NCBI GenBank assembly: GCA_039680575.1
Contig: JBDKSP010000029.1
Location: forward strand, 1 to 41,399
DNA from: Armatimonadota bacterium
GTDB taxonomy: Bacteria > Armatimonadota > UBA5829 > DTLH01
DNA: 41,399 nucleotides
Direction of reading: 5' to 3'
Shown here: positions 1 to 9,782 of the stretch, piece after piece
Position numbering within the stretch: position 1 is the stretch's first letter
How the letters are laid out: each line of letters begins with the position of its first letter
Position numbers and translations under genes: made by a program
The notes under the pieces: model-generated
What the model saw: the letters and a program-made list of their open reading frames with translations, nothing else
Databases searched by the model: none
Told to the model about the DNA's origin: nothing

Positions 1-6
1 ATCACA

Positions 7-137
7 ACGTCATGATGAGCTTGACTCAGCATCCAGGAAGAAAATGGACCCTGAATCTATGGATTATCGGCTATAGCCGATAATCTTCCGGGAGAGTTTC
101 AGGTAATACCTGAAACTCCTTAGTTCAAGGGTGACGT
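7..137. repeat. Nested palindromic repeat, copy 1 (GTCA...TGAC element carrying an internal TA-flanked double-hairpin insert)
   Basis: Near-identical to 5904-6034. Contains the perfect palindrome GATTATCGGCTATAGCCGATAATC (62-85) and the 12-bp-arm inverted repeat GAGTTTCAGGTA-A-TACCTGAAACTC (94-118). Ends are ACGTCA/TGACGT. Confidence 0.9.
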
Positions 138-234
138 GCTTCCATCCATGATGACGTGCTGGTTGTTCAGGGTGATATATAATTCTTGCAAGAGTGAACT
201 CTTACGAACTGTTGTGCAGAAGCTCAAAATTTGC

Positions 235-263
235 TTGCGATGGATTAGCCGTAGTGGTATAAT
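235..263 (+). promoter_or_regulatory. Sigma70-type promoter of rpsF-ssb-rpsR
   Basis: TTGCGA-N17-TATAAT with TG extended -10. Confidence 0.7.
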
Positions 264-337
264 GTTTTGTCTTGTTTCCTTAGTAAATAGGACGACAACC
301 AGGGTAGACAGCGCGAGCGATAAAGGTTTGCGCGATT

Positions 338-387
338 ACCCTCCCTGCCCCGGAAGAGCCGGGGCCGAATAAGCCCGAAGGGAGGTG
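338..387 (+). promoter_or_regulatory. S6:S18 ribosomal protein leader (rpsF leader)
   Basis: CCTCCCT pairs with AGGGAGG (the Shine-Dalgarno, SD). The inner stem GCCCCGG/CCGGGGC is followed by CCG, the conserved CCR motif. Lies directly upstream of rpsF. Confidence 0.75.
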
Positions 388-393
388 ACGAAC

Positions 394-918
394 ATAGCGA
401 TCGTCAGAGATTACGAAACACTCTACATCATCGATCCGAACCTCACGGAAGAACAGGTTCAGGCCGTAACCGACAAGTACTCTCAGGTAGTGACCCAGAA
501 CGGCGGCGAGATACTTGCAGTCGAGAAATGGGACCGGAGACGGCTGGCCTACGAAGTAGCCGGAAAACGCGAAGGTATATATATTCTTATGTACTTCCGC
601 AGCGAAGCTACGGTTGCGTCGGAGTTGGACAGACTCATGAAGATCAACGAAGACGTGATGAGGCATCTGATCGTGCGCGATGAGGAGGGTCAGGCAGCGG
701 CAGCGAAGGAACGGGTTTCACGGCCTGCGTCCAAGCCTGCTGAACAGCCGGTGGAAGCTAAAGCAGAAGAAGCTCCCGCAGAAACGGAAGCCGAAACACC
801 TGCTGAGGCTGAAGCCCCCAAAGAGGCAGAAGCTCCTGCCGAGACTGCCCAGCCTGAAGAGGCTGAACCCGCAGCGGCAGAGCCGGTCGAAGAGCAGCCG
901 ACAGAAGCAGCTGAGTAA
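394..918 (+). CDS. rpsF: 30S ribosomal protein S6 with a long Ala/Glu/Pro acidic tail; start probably ATA at 394 (the ORF-track GTG at 385 lies inside the SD)
   Basis: S6 motifs RDYETLYIIDP, WDRRRLAYEV and EDVMRHLIVR; first gene of the rpsF-ssb-rpsR operon. Confidence 0.95.
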   Translation: MAIVRDYETLYIIDPNLTEEQVQAVTDKYSQVVTQNGGEILAVEKWDRRRLAYEVAGKREGIYILMYFRSEATVASELDRLMKINEDVMRHLIVRDEEGQAAAAKERVSRPASKPAEQPVEAKAEEAPAETEAETPAEAEAPKEAEAPAETAQPEEAEPAAAEPVEEQPTEAAE

Positions 919-1082
919 TGATGTAAAGAGTCCGCGAGGCCCTGGTGGAGTTTACCCTCTATTTTATGCCCGCGGACCGCGCCAGGCATTTTGCCTGGTC
1001 ATATAGTCGCGCTCTATCCCATGTATCCAAGACTAGTTCGACCTTTCAGGTTTTTTGGATACATTCTCAGGAGGAATACTGG

Positions 1083-1496
1083 ATGCTAAACCATGTGGTA
1101 TTGATAGGAAGAATCGGCAGAGATCCTGAATTAAGATATACACCGAGTGGCGTTGCTGTTGTCAGTTTCAGTCTGGCTGTTAACCGCCAGTTCAAATCTC
1201 AGAGCGGTGAACAGGAAACGGACTGGTTCAACATAGTAGCCTGGAAGCAGCAAGCCGAGTTTGCGGCCAACTACCTTGGAAAAGGTAGGCTGGTAGCTGT
1301 TCAGGGAAGACTGCAGGCCCGCTCCTGGGTCGCGCAGGACGGGACGAAGCGCAATACCGTCGAGGTCGTAGCCGAGAGACTGACCGGCCTTGACAGACCT
1401 AAGGACCAGGCGGCCGGAACCGGCGAGGCAACACCTGCCGGTGGCGCTGTTATGGATGAAAGCGATGCGGATTACGATCCGTTTGCCGAAGAGTAA
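1083..1496 (+). CDS. ssb: Single-stranded DNA-binding protein
   Basis: [25 protein letters not shown]-fold and acidic C-terminal tail; SD GGAGG upstream of ATG 1083. Confidence 0.97.
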   Translation: MLNHVVLIGRIGRDPELRYTPSGVAVVSFSLAVNRQFKSQSGEQETDWFNIVAWKQQAEFAANYLGKGRLVAVQGRLQARSWVAQDGTKRNTVEVVAERLTGLDRPKDQAAGTGEATPAGGAVMDESDADYDPFAEE

Positions 1497-1510
1497 CACG
1501 GAGGACAAAT

Positions 1511-1777
1511 ATGCCCGCTCCTAGAAGATCCGGCGGCAGAGCCGGAGGCGGCGGCGGCAAGTTCAGAAGGCCGCGCCGCAAGGTGTGCGCGTTCTGCGTG
1601 GACAAAGTGACGTTCATAGATTATAAGAACGCCGCCAAGCTGCGCAGGTACGTATCAGACCGCGGTAAAATCCTGCCGCGCAGGACTACCGGAAATTGCG
1701 CTGCGCATCAGCGCGCATTGACCCGCGCCATCAAACGCGCGAGAGAAATTGCACTGCTGCCGTTCACAGCAGAATGA
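1511..1777 (+). CDS. rpsR: 30S ribosomal protein S18 (zinc-binding C+ type)
   Basis: [39 protein letters not shown]. Confidence 0.98.
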   Translation: MPAPRRSGGRAGGGGGKFRRPRRKVCAFCVDKVTFIDYKNAAKLRRYVSDRGKILPRRTTGNCAAHQRALTRAIKRAREIALLPFTAE

Positions 1778-1809
1778 AACCTGCCCGAAAAGGCAGTTGA
1801 TAACAATAC

Positions 1810-1840
1810 GGGCGTGTGGCTTTAATCGAGCTGCACGCCC
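1810..1840. terminator. Hairpin between convergent rpsR and the DUF2795 gene
   Basis: GGGCGTGTGGCT...AGCTGCACGCCC stem. Confidence 0.6.
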
Positions 1841-1857
1841 ATTGTTGTGTACCGGTC

Positions 1858-2067
1858 TTAAGGAGTCTGGCTTATGTGCTCTCTCTGGCCTTTGATGAGC
1901 GCCCAGACTTCATGCACAGTCTCGTAAACACCCTCAGGTAAGCGGCTGACATCCGTGATAAACTCATCAGGAGCGCCGTTATCTTCAGCCATCTGAATGC
2001 ACTCTTCTCTGGTTGCCGGGAAGGCAGTCTGGTTCAAATAATGCCCGATATTCATCTCGGTAGCCAT
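1858..2067 (-). CDS. DUF2795-family small protein
   Basis: YLNQTAFPATREECIQMAEDNGAP...LP pattern; SD AGGAGG. Confidence 0.8.
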   Translation of the reverse strand: MATEMNIGHYLNQTAFPATREECIQMAEDNGAPDEFITDVSRLPEGVYETVHEVWALIKGQREHISQTP

Positions 2068-2230
2068 TTTATACCTCCTGAAGCGTCTTGTATCCCAAGT
2101 GGCGAGCTGGAATAAGCTGAGACTTTTGTAATCGTAGCATTCCCATATTGATGGCGTAATAATCTACTGATTTTTCGCTATCAGCTGAAAATTCCGTAGC
2201 TGGAGGATAAAACAGCACTGTTTTACGCCG

Positions 2231-2446
2231 CTATTTCGTCGACCGGCTGCACGTGTTCAAGTGAAATACCTGGCTTACGGGGCAGTAGCGGGCGAGCCCC
2301 GTTACGAGTCCCACTGTTCCGGCGATACCGGCTGCGACCTTGAGCGGTTTGCTTATCGGCGCCAGAATCCCCGTCCCTAAAAGCGCCGTACCTATCCCGA
2401 TTCTTGCTATTCTGTCGGTCCCGCCGACGTTACACTCCATACGCAT
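2231..2446 (-). CDS. DUF2892 / YgaP-like membrane protein
   Basis: CNVGGTDRIARIGIG...GLVTGLARYCP...NTC; SD GGGGG before ATG 2446. Confidence 0.85.
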   Translation of the reverse strand: MRMECNVGGTDRIARIGIGTALLGTGILAPISKPLKVAAGIAGTVGLVTGLARYCPVSQVFHLNTCSRSTK

Positions 2447-2508
2447 TTCATATCCCCCTGGAAATTGCACAAGGGGGCCGGAATATGAGACTCCGGCCCC
2501 CGGAGAAG

Positions 2509-2760
2509 TTATTTAGTCACGGACGAAAGATCTGTTACGAGGCTTACTCTCTGCTCAGGGCAGAGCCTCATTGGACGCATCTCGATGCCCTGGAATCCCT
2601 CTTCAAAATCAAGGTGTTTGTCGATTACCTCTGCGGCCAGACTCGCTTTCTCAACTATCTCATTCCAGTCTTCCGCAACGGGCATCGGAAACTCATCAAG
2701 GTCTGTCCTTCCTGTAAGCGTCCTCGCCTCCTCATCCATCACGCGAAGTATGTCTTTCAT
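2509..2760 (-). CDS. Hypothetical acidic protein (83 aa)
   Basis: Strong SD AGGAGG, ATG start, upstream GTTT-N16-GGGTAA promoter. Confidence 0.65.
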   Translation of the reverse strand: MKDILRVMDEEARTLTGRTDLDEFPMPVAEDWNEIVEKASLAAEVIDKHLDFEEGFQGIEMRPMRLCPEQRVSLVTDLSSVTK

Positions 2761-2805
2761 CGGAATCCCCTCCTCAATTCACCCTTACGGAGGTCCAATA
2801 TAAAA

Positions 2806-2831
2806 TTACCCTCGTAATATTTGAACGAAAC
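2806..2831 (-). promoter_or_regulatory. SigB/SigF-type promoter
   Basis: Minus strand GTTT-cgttcaaatattacga-GGGTAA (N16). Confidence 0.65.
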
Positions 2832-2883
2832 AGAACTCTCCATTTACAGCCTGCCTGCCAGGTGCTAAAATATCTTGAATAAA

Positions 2884-2981
2884 CCGCTAGGGGTGCTGGT
2901 TGAGCACAGCTGAGAGAAGCGGGCAGATGCCGCTTCATCCCTTTGAACCTGATCCGGTTAGTACCGGCGTAGGAAACGCGG
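2884..2981 (+). ncRNA. TPP riboswitch
   Basis: GGGGTGC...GCTGAGA...CCCTTTGAACCTGATCCGGTTAGTACCGGCGTAGGAA upstream of thi4; anti-SD hairpin CTCCCCT/AGGGGG at 3038-3058. Confidence 0.95.
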
Positions 2982-3068
2982 AGATCTTCGTAAAAAGACC
3001 TCTTGATCGGCGCGTATTACGCGCGGCTCAACCCCAACTCCCCTAAGATCACAGGGGGTAACCAAAAA

Positions 3069-3830
3069 ATGATCAAAAACATCTCAGACCTGGAAGTTTC
3101 GCGGCTCATAGTGCGCGACTACTTCGAAATGCTGGAGTCCACGCTTGAATCGGACGTCATCATCGTCGGTGGCGGTCCAAGTGGGCTTGTAGCGGGATAT
3201 ACTCTCGCCGAGCAGGGTAAAAAAGTCACCATTATGGAAAAGAGGATGTCGCCCGGCGGCGGAGTCTGGGGCGGCGGCAAAGGGTTCAACCGGGTCGTGC
3301 TGGAAAAAGGCGTCGAAGACATTTTAAATGAGATCGACATTAAAGCAGCCGAGCGTGACGGATATCTGGTAGTCTCTTCGGTCCTTCTCGCCTCAGCGCT
3401 TATCAAAAAGACGATTGAGAGCGGCGTAAACCTGCTGAATCTCTTCGCAATCGAGGACATTTACTTCAACGAGAACCGGGAAGTCGCCGGAGTGGTGGTA
3501 AATGACACGGCTTACAAGATGATCAACCTGCACGTCGACCCGCTCACCTTCAGAAGCAAGCTCGTGATGGACAGCACCGGGCATGAGGCAATCGTTTTGA
3601 ACTGCCTCGCGAAGCGCGGGATCGTCCAGCTAAAGGGTGAGGACACGATGAACGCACAACTGGGCGAAGAGGGGGTTATCGAAGGGACGAAAGAGGTCTA
3701 TCCGGGACTCATAATAACCGGAATGGCCTGCGCGCAGTTCCACGGAACGCCGCGAATGGGTCCGATCTTCGGAGGCATGCTGCTATCCGGTAAAAAGGCC
3801 GCAGAAATAGCGGCGGAGAAGCTGGGATAG
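3069..3830 (+). CDS. thi4: Sulfide-dependent (non-Cys) adenosine diphosphate thiazole synthase
   Basis: VGGGPSGL, GGGVWGGG, LHVDPL, DSTGHEA, PRMGPIFGGMLLSGKKAA; TPP riboswitch upstream. Confidence 0.95.
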   Translation: MIKNISDLEVSRLIVRDYFEMLESTLESDVIIVGGGPSGLVAGYTLAEQGKKVTIMEKRMSPGGGVWGGGKGFNRVVLEKGVEDILNEIDIKAAERDGYLVVSSVLLASALIKKTIESGVNLLNLFAIEDIYFNENREVAGVVVNDTAYKMINLHVDPLTFRSKLVMDSTGHEAIVLNCLAKRGIVQLKGEDTMNAQLGEEGVIEGTKEVYPGLIITGMACAQFHGTPRMGPIFGGMLLSGKKAAEIAAEKLG

Positions 3831-3847
3831 CAAAATCGTAGGATTTG

Positions 3848-4070
3848 AATGTGGCCGGGCTCTGTCCCGGCCATCGGCTTCGTAGAAGCCGGAAATACTC
3901 AAATCTCGATACTTCGGCGCGATTTTTGCGCCGAAGCCTGCATATTGGATTAGTGAATGTCGTGCTTCTCCCCGTGTGCCCACGGGTCCACTGTTACTAC
4001 CCCTGTGGCCCAGTAGGTCCACTGGGTAGGACGAACTGCGGTCCCGAAGATTCTATGCTTTATGTCAAGC
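3848..4070. repeat. Cluster of REP-like hairpins
   Basis: TGGCCGGG-ctctgt-CCCGGCCA; CTTCGGCGC-gattttt-GCGCCGAAG; CCCGTG-tgcc-CACGGG; CCCAGT-aggtcc-ACTGGG; and GGACGAA..GCGGTCCCGAAG, which is shared with 5855-5875. Confidence 0.55.
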
Positions 4071-4312
4071 CCGCAAGGAGCCTCTCAGCTTTAAATTCTG
4101 TCAACCGATGTTCCCGAACCATCCTCAATTCTGGCACTCTTCGGAGGGCTAGCTGGTATCGGCGGGTTTGCCCTAAGGCGAAGAAAGTAGCAAATAATAA
4201 CATTGGGCCGGGTGTAATGCTCAGCCTTTTTGTTTTGTTCTGCCTGCTTTAGGAAAAAGACACCTGTGTAATTGCCTTTCCTGCGGTGTTATCGCCGCGA
4301 TTTCCGTATTTC

Positions 4313-4342
4313 TTGACACTCTTTTGGACCTGTGGCTATAAT
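4313..4342 (+). promoter_or_regulatory. Sigma70 promoter of the PMM/PGM gene
   Basis: TTGACA-N18-TATAAT. Confidence 0.8.
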
Positions 4343-4411
4343 GGCGCAGGCTTCCGCCGTAGAGGAAGGCATTAATCGGGGCTCAACCCCATCGTATAGA
4401 GGCAGGTAGAG

Positions 4412-5764
4412 ATGACCGCAAGAGAAATCGACCCCACTATTTTTAAGGCTTACGACATCAGAGGCATTTATCCCAGTCAGATAGACGAAGATGTATGCTA
4501 CCGCATAGCCCGGGCATATGTCGCATCGCAGGGCTGGAAAAGAGTCGTTGTCGGGCACGATATGCGCACGACAGGCGATGTGCTCGTCGAAGCTACGATC
4601 CGAGGTATAACCGACCAGGGCGCGGATGTGGTCCCGATGGGGCTTACCAGCACCCCGATGTACTACTTCGGCGTGAACCTCCTTAAAGGTGACGCAGGCA
4701 TGATGGTGACGGCGTCGCACAATCCGGGAGACTACAACGGTTTCAAGATGACCGGCCCGAATGCCGTGCCCAGCATCTCCTACATAGATAACCAGACGCT
4801 CTGGCAGAAGGCCTGCGCGGGTGAATTTCCTGATCCGCCACAAAAGGGTAAGGTTTATCCTGAAGAAGATGTCCTCAGCCGGTATATCGAGGCGGTTATC
4901 GAAAATGCGGGAATAAGTGACTTCGGCAACCTGAAGATAGCGGTCGATACAGCCAATGGTATGGGTGGGCTTATTCTGCCCAAGCTGTTCGAGCGAGTCG
5001 GAAACGAGCCGGTCAAGCTCTTCTGGGATATAGACGGATCGTTCCCCAACCACGAGGCGAACCCGCTCAAGCTCTCCACGCTCAAATGGCTGCAGGAATC
5101 GGTTGTAAAGAACAAAGCCAGCTTCGGCGCGGCGTTCGACGGCGACGGCGACAGGGTTGCGTTCGTGGACGAGAACGGCGAACCTATCTCTGGCGACTTG
5201 ATTACCGCGCTTATCGCTCGAGAGATGTTAAAAAAGAAGCCCGGCGCGAAGATTTTGTACGATATTCGCTCGAGCTGGGTTGTTCCTGAAGAGATAGAGG
5301 CCGCCGGTGGAGTTGCAGTGCCCTGCAGAGTCGGACACGGGCTGATAAAGCGGCAGATGCGCTCTGAAGGAGGCTATTTTGCCGGTGAGCTTTCATCGCA
5401 CTACTATTTCAGCGATTTTTACTTTACCGATAACGGCGACCTGACGTTTTTGAACCTCGTAAAGCTCCTTCTCGATGAAGGAAAACCACTCTCAGAGCTG
5501 GTCAAGCCGCTCAAACGGTATTATCATACACCGGAGATCAACTCCAAGGTCGATGACGTCCAGGGTAAGCTCGCTTTGCTCAAAACGATGTACGAAGGCG
5601 GCAGGTTCAACGAGTTGGACGGATTGACCATAGAGTTCGATAACTGGTGGTTCAACGTACGGCCTTCTCAGACAGAGCCGCTTCTCAGGTTGAACCTGGA
5701 AGCGAAGACCAAAGAGCTTATGGAAGAGAAGACCGAAGAAGTGCTGAAAATTATCAGAAGCTGA
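4412..5764 (+). CDS. Phosphomannomutase/phosphoglucomutase
   Basis: IFKAYDIRG, TASHNP (phosphoserine), FDGDGDR (metal loop), GELSSH, RPSQTEP. Confidence 0.95.
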   Translation: MTAREIDPTIFKAYDIRGIYPSQIDEDVCYRIARAYVASQGWKRVVVGHDMRTTGDVLVEATIRGITDQGADVVPMGLTSTPMYYFGVNLLKGDAGMMVTASHNPGDYNGFKMTGPNAVPSISYIDNQTLWQKACAGEFPDPPQKGKVYPEEDVLSRYIEAVIENAGISDFGNLKIAVDTANGMGGLILPKLFERVGNEPVKLFWDIDGSFPNHEANPLKLSTLKWLQESVVKNKASFGAAFDGDGDRVAFVDENGEPISGDLITALIAREMLKKKPGAKILYDIRSSWVVPEEIEAAGGVAVPCRVGHGLIKRQMRSEGGYFAGELSSHYYFSDFYFTDNGDLTFLNLVKLLLDEGKPLSELVKPLKRYYHTPEINSKVDDVQGKLALLKTMYEGGRFNELDGLTIEFDNWWFNVRPSQTEPLLRLNLEAKTKELMEEKTEEVLKIIRS

Positions 5765-5785
5765 TACTTAAGGGGAAATTCCTTA

Positions 5786-7415
<1,630 letters not shown>

Positions 7416-7457
7416 TTTTAGCATGCCGGGCGTGTGTCCGCTTTTGGAGAAATCATA

Positions 7458-8618
7458 ATGGCGAAGAGAAGAATCAACATAGGTATGATCGGTTACAAGT
7501 TTATGGGCAAGGCCCATAGCTTCGGGTTCAAAAACGCTGCCGGTATGTTTCCGGGTATCGAGGCCGAACCGGTTATGAAGGCAATTGTCGGCCGCGATGC
7601 GGCTGCGACTGTGGAAGCAATGGACAGGTTCGGATGGGAAAGCTACGAGACTGACTATCATAAGCTCATCAGCCGCGATGACATCGACCTGGTAGACATA
7701 GCGACCGGCAACAATGTACATGCCGAGATAGCCATCGCCGCTGCGGCAGCCGGAAAAGACATATTCTGCGAGAAACCGCTTGCTATGAATACTGCCGAGG
7801 CAAGACAGATGCTCGACGCGGTAGAACGGGCGGGCGTAAAGCACATGATCAACTTCAACTATCGCACTGTCCCGGCAGTTGCGCTCGCCAAGAAGATGAT
7901 CGACAGCGGGCTGATAGGCCGGATCTTCCACTGGCGCTCGGTCTATCTGCAGGACTGGATAGTCGACCCAGCATTTCCCCTCGTATGGCGGCTTGAAAAA
8001 AATCTTGCAGGCTCCGGTTCGCTTGGTGACCTCGCAGCCCATTCCATAGACCTTGCCAACTGGCTGGTCGGCAGCATAGACGAAGTATCGAGTAACCTCA
8101 CCACTTTCATCAAAAAGAGACCGAAGCTCGCTGAAACTACCGAGGGGCTTGGCGCAAGAGCTGCCAAGGAGGTAGGTGAAGTCACAGTGGATGATGCCGT
8201 GATAGCGCTTACCAAGTTCAGGAATGGCGCAATCGGCACCATAGAGGCCACTCGCTTTGCCACCGGCAATCGAAACGGCAACAGGTTCGAGATCAACGGA
8301 GAAAAGGGTTCGATCAGGTTCAATATAGAGCGGATGAACGAGCTCCAGTATTTTAACCGTGAAGACCCGGAGGACCTGCAGGGCTGGCGCGCCATCACAG
8401 TAACGGAAGGCACTCATCCTTATATCGAAGGATGGTGGCCCGCCGGACACATAATCGGCTGGGGAGAGACTTTCGTGCACCAGGTGGTCAACCTGATGAA
8501 CGCCATAGCGCGGGATGAGACGCCGTCACCCAGTTTTGTCGATGGGTTGAAATGCCAGATGGTCCTCGAAGCTATGGAGAAGTCCAACAATACCGGAAAA
8601 TGGGAGAAGGTAGAATAA
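7458..8618 (+). CDS. Gfo/Idh/MocA family oxidoreductase
   Basis: IGMIGYKFMGKAH Rossmann fold, CEKP motif, GSLGDLAAHSID; SD GGAG before ATG 7458. Confidence 0.93.
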   Translation: MAKRRINIGMIGYKFMGKAHSFGFKNAAGMFPGIEAEPVMKAIVGRDAAATVEAMDRFGWESYETDYHKLISRDDIDLVDIATGNNVHAEIAIAAAAAGKDIFCEKPLAMNTAEARQMLDAVERAGVKHMINFNYRTVPAVALAKKMIDSGLIGRIFHWRSVYLQDWIVDPAFPLVWRLEKNLAGSGSLGDLAAHSIDLANWLVGSIDEVSSNLTTFIKKRPKLAETTEGLGARAAKEVGEVTVDDAVIALTKFRNGAIGTIEATRFATGNRNGNRFEINGEKGSIRFNIERMNELQYFNREDPEDLQGWRAITVTEGTHPYIEGWWPAGHIIGWGETFVHQVVNLMNAIARDETPSPSFVDGLKCQMVLEAMEKSNNTGKWEKVE

Positions 8619-8653
8619 GGCGGTTTAGCGCCCGCATACCGGATTGCCGGGAA

Positions 8654-8679
8654 GTTTCACAGCATAAGCGCTCGGGTAC
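8654..8679 (+). promoter_or_regulatory. SigB/SigF-type promoter upstream of rsbW-like gene 1
   Basis: GTTT-cacagcataagcgctc-GGGTAC (N16). Confidence 0.6.
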
Positions 8680-8793
8680 AAGAGATTAGACATCGGTTTT
8701 CGGCTGTTAGCAGCCGGGAATCGCTCTTTCGAAAATCTGCAGGACGGGTCGCGGATTCATTACCCCCGTCGCTGAGGAAGGTTTGCACGTATT

Positions 8794-9288
8794 ATGGCTA
8801 TGAGACAACGCAGCAATTCGGAGAGCGTTGAGCTTAGGGTACCGTGTAAGCCGGAGTATGTAAGGACTGTCCGGGCGCTGGTAGCCGAGCTGGCCGATTC
8901 GGTGCCACTGTCATTGGAAGCCGTGGAAGAAGTAAAAGTCGCGGCGTCTGAAGCCGTTTCTAATATCGTAAGGCATGCCTACGAAAACGCGGATGGGTCA
9001 GAACCCGTAGTCGTGCGCTGTTGGAAGACCGGCGGCAAACTGACGGTGGAGATCATGGACCGTGGAATCGGTTTTAGAGTCCCTGCCAGCGAAAAAGCCC
9101 CACCGCCGGAAAAATCGAGAGAACGTGAAGGCGGACTTGGAATAGTCCTTATAAAGAACCTTATGGATTCGGTAGATTACTGGTCCCAGCCCAACCTCGG
9201 CACACGGATTAAAATGACAAAGAGCGGATGGCACAGAAACGGCCGGCGCACCAGCCGTACTGTTGTTCACTATGGAGCCGGACTTTAA
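8794..9288 (+). CDS. RsbW/SpoIIAB-like anti-sigma factor Ser kinase (HATPase_c_2)
   Basis: SEAVSNIVRHAY (N box), DRGIGF (G1), GGLGIVLIKNLMD (G2), GTRIKMTK. Confidence 0.9.
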   Translation: MAMRQRSNSESVELRVPCKPEYVRTVRALVAELADSVPLSLEAVEEVKVAASEAVSNIVRHAYENADGSEPVVVRCWKTGGKLTVEIMDRGIGFRVPASEKAPPPEKSREREGGLGIVLIKNLMDSVDYWSQPNLGTRIKMTKSGWHRNGRRTSRTVVHYGAGL

Positions 9289-9647
9289 CTGGTCCGGCTC
9301 TTTTGTACAAAGTTCACGCGCAGGTCGCTCACGAGCGATTTATACGCATTTTTCTGCTCTTCGGAAACGTGCGGAGACACTTGGTCCACTAAGAAAGCGA
9401 CGCTGTCGATCAACACTCTGGCCTGAGTAAAATCCTGCTCTATCTTTTTGGTAACTGAATTGACCCTGACACCCATCCACTGCCAAGCGCTCTCTGAAAG
9501 CATCAGGATAACCCACTGAATGAGCGAATAGGCATCTCCGGTAGCCGTCTCCTCGCCGGTCTCTTCATGTTCTCCGTGTTCAGTCTGCGTGCTTTGTGTT
9601 TCTTCACTTGTTTCGGGCTCATGACTTTTTTTCTGTTCGTTTTCCAT
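9285..9647 (-). CDS. DUF1844-family protein
   Basis: AWQWMG...QARVLIDSV...LRVNFV; SD GGAGGTG before ATG 9647. Confidence 0.8.
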   Translation of the reverse strand: MENEQKKSHEPETSEETQSTQTEHGEHEETGEETATGDAYSLIQWVILMLSESAWQWMGVRVNSVTKKIEQDFTQARVLIDSVAFLVDQVSPHVSEEQKNAYKSLVSDLRVNFVQKSRTS

Positions 9648-9703
9648 ATGTGTCACCTCCGATAAGATTTGGGAGCGAGAGGTGGAAACCTCCACCATCT
9701 ATC

Positions 9704-9757
9704 TACAGAGTTTTGGCTGTAACGAGTAATAAATATCGTTTCAGCCAAGACTCCTTA
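9704..9757. repeat. TA-flanked miniature inverted-repeat element, family B copy
   Basis: TA-CAGAGTTTTGGCTG...CAGCCAAGACTCCT-TA; shares the 20-bp core TGTAACGAGTAATAAATATC with 12735-12793. Confidence 0.8.
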
Positions 9758-9782
9758 TATCTTACATCATACACACTGTGCG

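Noticed and set aside
136..372. 78-aa ORF upstream of rpsF
   Set aside because: Spans the repeat tail, promoter and S6:S18 leader
3960..4150. 6S RNA (TCCCCGTGTGCC resembles a 6S end)
   Set aside because: No complementary partner about 180 nt away; the segment pairs locally as CCCGTG/CACGGG
3845..4252. 135-aa ORF between thi4 and PMM
   Set aside because: Runs through repeat hairpins; non-protein-like composition and no convincing SD
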